48,381 bases of DNA from Bacteroidales bacterium (GTDB taxonomy: Bacteria; Bacteroidota; Bacteroidia; Bacteroidales; UBA7960), in NCBI GenBank assembly GCA_007128045.1, contig SKYG01000123.1:1-48381 (forward strand), written 5' to 3'. Within the stretch, counting starts at the first letter, position 1. Each line of letters opens with the position of its first letter. The translations under genes and the position numbers were made by a program. This document shows positions 44,464-48,381 of the stretch, piece after piece. The notes under the pieces were generated by a model. It saw nothing but the letters and a program-made list of their open reading frames with translations, was not told the DNA's origin and ran no database searches.

Positions 44464-46077
44464 ATGAAAGGGAAAAAAATCTTGTCTGCCATTTGTATGG
44501 TAGTTTTCGCATTGCTTTTTTCAGGCAATAGCAATTTTGTTCATGCTCAATCTTCTTCCCTGCAAAAGGAAGCTGAGGCGAACAAACTTATTGAGGAGTT
44601 CGACAACCCTTCTACCCCGGGTGGTGCTCTTATGGTGATACGTGACGGTAAGGTTATTTATGAGAAATCATTTGGGATGGTCAACCTTACCCACAACATT
44701 CCTTTTGAAATCAACTCACCAACCAATATTGGTTCCACTACCAAACAATTTACGGCCATGGGCATCGCCCTGCTCGAAGAAAAAGGACAAATATCTATTG
44801 ATGACGATATCAGAAAATATATTCCCGAACTGCCAGATTTGGGAGATACCATTCGTTTGAGGCACCTGATGTCGCACACCAGTGGCTACAGGGAGTACAT
44901 CAACTCTTTGTTGATGTCGGGCAGACAAATGGGTGACATTATCAGGCTTGAAGAAGTCATTCCCCTTATACAACATCAGCCTGCCTTGCAAAACAAGCCG
45001 GGAGAATCCTATAATTACAACAATACTGGTTTTGTGCTACTAGCCATGGTTATTGAACGTGTTACCGGTGAAGCATATCCAGATTGGATGAAAAAGAACA
45101 TCTTTCTACCACTGGGAATGACACGGACCCAGGTTCGTACCAATCCCGGTCAGATCATACCGGGCAATGCCCAGGGATATATAAAAACACCTGAAAACAA
45201 TTATATTGAAGCCATGGACATTCCTGCATCTATGGGAGCCGGTGGTATCTATTCAACCCTGATCGATCTCGAAAAGTGGATCAACAATTTTTATAACCCG
45301 GTATTGGGTAATCCCTCGCTGATTCAGAAGCTTCAAACACCCTTTATCCTCAACGATGGCGACACCATGAACTACGCCTACGGGCTCATCATTGGCAATC
45401 TGAATGGACTGAAGATGGTTGAACACGGAGGCGCCGACATTGCACACCGGTCGATGCTGATGATGTTTCCCGATATTGAGGGAGCAGTGATAACCCAAAG
45501 CAACAACAGCAATTTTCCAGGACATATATCCCGGAAGTTGGCTGAGATCTTCTTCGCTGATGTAATGACCATTAAAAAGGAGGGGGAAGAACAAGCTGTT
45601 AAAGCGGGTGAATTTGTTTACGATGTAGAAAAGTTTGATGAACTGGCCGGCAGGTATGAGCTTGAGGTCGCACCGGGCTTTGTGCTGGAATTCAGAAGAG
45701 AGGAAGATAAGTTGTTAACACAAGCTACAGGGCAGGCTGAAGTTGAGGTTTTTGCCAGTTCAGACAGTACCTTCTACCTTAAAGTAGTTGAAGCAAGTGT
45801 TACGTTTCACCGCAATGAAGAAGGGAAGGTAGACCATATAACACTTCATCAAAACGGGAACCACCGGGCAAACAGAATTCTCGAACCTGCCTGGATACCC
45901 ACCGAAGAGGAAATAAATATGTATACCGGAAGGTATTTTAGCAACGAACTGGAGGCCTTCTATACGGTGGCCCTGAACGATGATGGGAATTTGGTGCTGC
46001 AACACCGCCGGATGGATGACCTGCCACTCAAAGCTGAATCAACAGATTTATTTACACCTGCCCCATCCATAGGTTAA
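44464..46077 (+). CDS. Secreted serine hydrolase of the beta-lactamase/PBP (class C-related) family with an extra C-terminal domain
   Basis: 537-aa ORF. The signal peptide is MKGKKILSAICMVVFALLFSGNSNFVHAQ. The SxxK motif is GSTTKQF, with YxN (YNYNN) and a later HGG region. A C-terminal extension of about 170 aa is present. Confidence 0.8.
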   Translation: MKGKKILSAICMVVFALLFSGNSNFVHAQSSSLQKEAEANKLIEEFDNPSTPGGALMVIRDGKVIYEKSFGMVNLTHNIPFEINSPTNIGSTTKQFTAMGIALLEEKGQISIDDDIRKYIPELPDLGDTIRLRHLMSHTSGYREYINSLLMSGRQMGDIIRLEEVIPLIQHQPALQNKPGESYNYNNTGFVLLAMVIERVTGEAYPDWMKKNIFLPLGMTRTQVRTNPGQIIPGNAQGYIKTPENNYIEAMDIPASMGAGGIYSTLIDLEKWINNFYNPVLGNPSLIQKLQTPFILNDGDTMNYAYGLIIGNLNGLKMVEHGGADIAHRSMLMMFPDIEGAVITQSNNSNFPGHISRKLAEIFFADVMTIKKEGEEQAVKAGEFVYDVEKFDELAGRYELEVAPGFVLEFRREEDKLLTQATGQAEVEVFASSDSTFYLKVVEASVTFHRNEEGKVDHITLHQNGNHRANRILEPAWIPTEEEINMYTGRYFSNELEAFYTVALNDDGNLVLQHRRMDDLPLKAESTDLFTPAPSIG

Positions 46078-46218
46078 CATGTAAACCAGGTTCATTTATT
46101 GTATCTTTCGCCAGACTTTACTTCTACATAAATACAATACACAATATATTTATTGTTACTTTTTTTGTATATTATAATATATTACGTAACTTTACATCGA
46201 ATTCGTAACAATACAATC

Positions 46219-46803
46219 ATGGCCAAACCTGGGAAAAAAGTACAAGCATTGATGGATACCGCCCGAGAACTGTTCTGGAAGCACGGGCTTAAAAGGGTTT
46301 CGGTGGAAGAGATATGCAACAAAGCCGGCGTAAGCAAAATGACTTTCTACCGCCATTTCGAAAACAAAACAGACCTTGCCAAAGTCGTTTATAACGATGT
46401 GATAGATGGCTCATTAAAGAAATTCAAGGAAATTATGTCGGATGGAGACACGACTACCGAAGAAAAAATGGAAGCGATGTTAAACCTGAAACTGGAAGGC
46501 ACCCATGAGATCAGCCGGGAATTCCTTCATGACTTTTATGGAAGTCCGGAGCTCGGATTGGTTGATTTTATCAACCGCCGCTCACAGGAAATTTGGCAGG
46601 AAATGATCAGGGATTTTAAAACAGCACAGGACAAGGGCTGGTTTCGCAAAGATTTTAAGCCGGAAGCCTTCTTTATCGTGAGTCAGAAAATGGCTGACTT
46701 GATCAGCGATGAAAAGCTCCTGGCTCTTTATGACACGCCCCAGGATTTGATCATGGAGCTATCAAAACTGTTTACCTATGGAATCATATCCCATAAAAAA
46801 TAA
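46219..46803 (+). CDS. TetR/AcrR family transcriptional regulator
   Basis: Start called at ATG 46219 (MAKPGKK...). The HTH is GLKRVSVEEICNKAGVSKMTFYRHFENK. Confidence 0.85.
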   Translation: MAKPGKKVQALMDTARELFWKHGLKRVSVEEICNKAGVSKMTFYRHFENKTDLAKVVYNDVIDGSLKKFKEIMSDGDTTTEEKMEAMLNLKLEGTHEISREFLHDFYGSPELGLVDFINRRSQEIWQEMIRDFKTAQDKGWFRKDFKPEAFFIVSQKMADLISDEKLLALYDTPQDLIMELSKLFTYGIISHKK

Positions 46804-46908
46804 TTATTATATCATGGCAAAAACCAATCACTATTGATTGTGCAACAACAACCCAGATTATTATATAATGGTTGACTTCACGTACCTGTTTGACCACACT
46901 TATGTTCT

Positions 46909-48045
46909 ATGATCCGAATCCTTCAAATATTGATCATACTTTTCCCAACGACCCTTTGCGGACAATCCGGACAGGCTTTCCAATTTTCCGGACAGGCATC
47001 TGTATGGACTAACATAAACCCCGGCAATCAAAAACCTGTTTGGGCGGGCGTACGCTATATCCCCCAGGCGAACTATGAGATCCCACAAAAGAACTCAAAA
47101 CTTATAGACTTCGAAGTGTCAGCCAATATCTTTGGCAGTACAAATTTTGGTTCTTCGTCTTCCCGGTCAACCGATGGCCAAATAAAACCTTACCGGGTTT
47201 GGGGCCGGTATTCGGGCAACCAGTTCGAAATGCGGCTGGGTTTGCAAAAAATCAATTTTGGCTCAGCGGCCATGCTACGCCCCCTAATGTGGTTTGATCG
47301 AATGGATCCACGCGACCCGCTGCAACTAACCGACGGTGTTTGGGGCATACTGGGCAGGTACTATTTTCTGAACAATGCCAACTTGTGGTTGTGGGGTTTG
47401 TATGGAAATGAGGAGCCCAAAACCTGGGAAGTGGGACCAACTGCCGTCCGCACCCCTGAGTGGGGTGGCCGCCTTCAAATCCCCGTATGGCGGGGTGAAG
47501 CAGCCCTTTCGGCTCATCACCGGCAAGTAGATACCCAGTCGTTTGTACCGTTTTCTACAGGCCTAAGCAAAATACCTGAAACACGTGTAGGGTTCGACAC
47601 AAAGTGGGACCTGGAAGTGGGATTATGGATAGAAGCATCGCTAATCAGCAAACACAGAGATTTCGGAATGCTTACCCATCAGCATATGGTAACTACAGGC
47701 GTGGATTATACGTTTGGAATTGGAAACGGACTCAATGCCATGATCGAACATCTCTGGTTTGCTCCGGGAAGGGAATTGTTCGACTGGGTTGAATCCGTTA
47801 ATTTCTCAGCTTTTTCAGCATCATATCCCCTATCCATATTCGCCAATATCAACGCCATTGTTTATTACGACTGGAAAAACAACCAATCCTACAACTTCAT
47901 CAACATCAAACAGGACTACCGGAAAATCACCTTTTACCTGATGGGGTTCTGGAACCCTGATACTTTTCAGCTTCCACAGCAAACCGGATCGGAAAGCCTG
48001 TTTTCCGGGCGGGGATTGCAAGTAATGCTGGTATATAACCATTAA
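46909..48045 (+). CDS. Secreted protein of unknown function, possibly an outer-membrane beta-barrel
   Basis: 378-aa ORF. The signal-like N-terminus is MIRILQILIILFPTTLCGQ. It is rich in aromatic/Gly alternating segments. No family was recognised. Confidence 0.4.
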   Translation: MIRILQILIILFPTTLCGQSGQAFQFSGQASVWTNINPGNQKPVWAGVRYIPQANYEIPQKNSKLIDFEVSANIFGSTNFGSSSSRSTDGQIKPYRVWGRYSGNQFEMRLGLQKINFGSAAMLRPLMWFDRMDPRDPLQLTDGVWGILGRYYFLNNANLWLWGLYGNEEPKTWEVGPTAVRTPEWGGRLQIPVWRGEAALSAHHRQVDTQSFVPFSTGLSKIPETRVGFDTKWDLEVGLWIEASLISKHRDFGMLTHQHMVTTGVDYTFGIGNGLNAMIEHLWFAPGRELFDWVESVNFSAFSASYPLSIFANINAIVYYDWKNNQSYNFINIKQDYRKITFYLMGFWNPDTFQLPQQTGSESLFSGRGLQVMLVYNH

Positions 48046-48211
48046 TGATATAAGCATGTACACGTTCTTTCATACCCGGGAAAACATTCACAAATGGATT
48101 GGCTTCGCCAAGCTCGCGATCTGCCAGGCTCCCCAGATGAAAAATCAGGGCGACCTTCCGAAAGATCGAAACTTGTTGTTCCGATTCATCGGAAAGCTAT
48201 CTGACCACGGA

Positions 48212-48241
48212 CCTTCGACCTTTGACTTTTGACTTTTGACC
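48212..48241. repeat. CCTTCGA/CTTTTGA heptamer array (partial element-like block) upstream of the ABC ATPase
   Basis: CCTTCGACCTTTGACTTTTGACTTTTGACC. This is the same heptamer family as in the 100-nt elements, but in the opposite orientation relative to the downstream gene. Confidence 0.85.
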
Positions 48242-48268
48242 AATTTTAAAATTTTTTACCACACCATC

Positions 48269-48381
48269 ATGGAAATCATTCATATTGAAAACCTGATCAA
48301 GCGCTTCCCGATGGGCAAGGGGGAGTTTACAGCCCTCAGAGGCATAGACCTTTCGCTTGAACAGGGCGAATTTGCAGGACT
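48269..48381 (+). CDS. ABC transporter ATP-binding protein (MacB/LolD-like), N-terminal fragment; continues beyond the window
   Basis: ATG 48269 gives MEIIHIENLIKRFPMGKGEFTALRGIDLSLEQGEFAG. This is the typical N-terminus leading into Walker A. Confidence 0.75.
   Translation, partial: MEIIHIENLIKRFPMGKGEFTALRGIDLSLEQGEFAG

Noticed and set aside
48056-48232. 58-codon plus-strand ORF (MYTFFHTRENIHKWIGFAKLAICQAPQ...) in the spacer before the ABC ATPase
   Set aside because: No recognisable family. Its 3' end is read through the heptamer repeat array, and the evidence is insufficient to call a gene. It may deserve a look in ribosome profiling data.
1-48381. tRNA, rRNA, tmRNA, IS transposase or integrase genes
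   Set aside because: No T-loop GGTTCGAATCC-like motifs were seen in a cloverleaf context, and there are no rRNA-like stretches or transposase/integrase ORFs. A tRNAscan/Infernal run would confirm this.

Overview
This 48.4 kb chromosomal window looks like Bacteroidota: there are no Shine-Dalgarno sequences, start codons sit in A-rich contexts, TTTG/TAnnTTTG-type promoter boxes are present, and several gene families are typical of the phylum. Most of it is housekeeping. Genes include an HU fragment, a tiny bS22-like basic peptide, RNase G, recX, prfB with its +1 frameshift, class II RNR, an EF-G paralog overlapping an AbgT transporter, a PfkB kinase, a flavodoxin-like protein, glmS, DUF4270, a short glycogen synthase, an RfaE-II-like adenylyltransferase, an S41 protease, a MacB-type permease, a GH3 protein and an HD protein.

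The centre (25.4-41.5 kb) is a divergently transcribed aromatic amino-acid supercluster. On the minus strand it reads trpE-trpG-trpD-trpC-trpF-trpB-trpA-DAHP synthase. On the plus strand it reads pheA-aminotransferase-tyrA-DAHP synthase/chorismate mutase-aroB-aroA-aroC.

The most interesting things are not in the ORF track:
1. The 656-nt divergent control region holds two back-to-back leader-peptide attenuators. One is a 24-aa peptide with a WWW run, facing the trp operon. The other is a 20-aa peptide with 7 Phe and 2 Tyr, followed by a GC hairpin and T9, facing pheA.
2. A roughly 100-nt repeat family (at least 5 well-conserved and 2 degenerate copies) always abuts a start codon and supplies the A-rich initiation context. 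It carries interleaved complementary segments, with one compensatory change between copies. It creates the false 30-aa N-terminal extensions seen on three ORFs.
3. Arrays of 7-8 nt phased tandem oligomers fill many intercistronic and convergent spacers.

The right end carries a small AT-rich island with a HigB/HigA-like toxin-antitoxin pair, a serine hydrolase, and a TetR regulator, a putative outer-membrane protein and an ABC ATPase. No rRNA, tRNA, CRISPR array or transposase was recognised.
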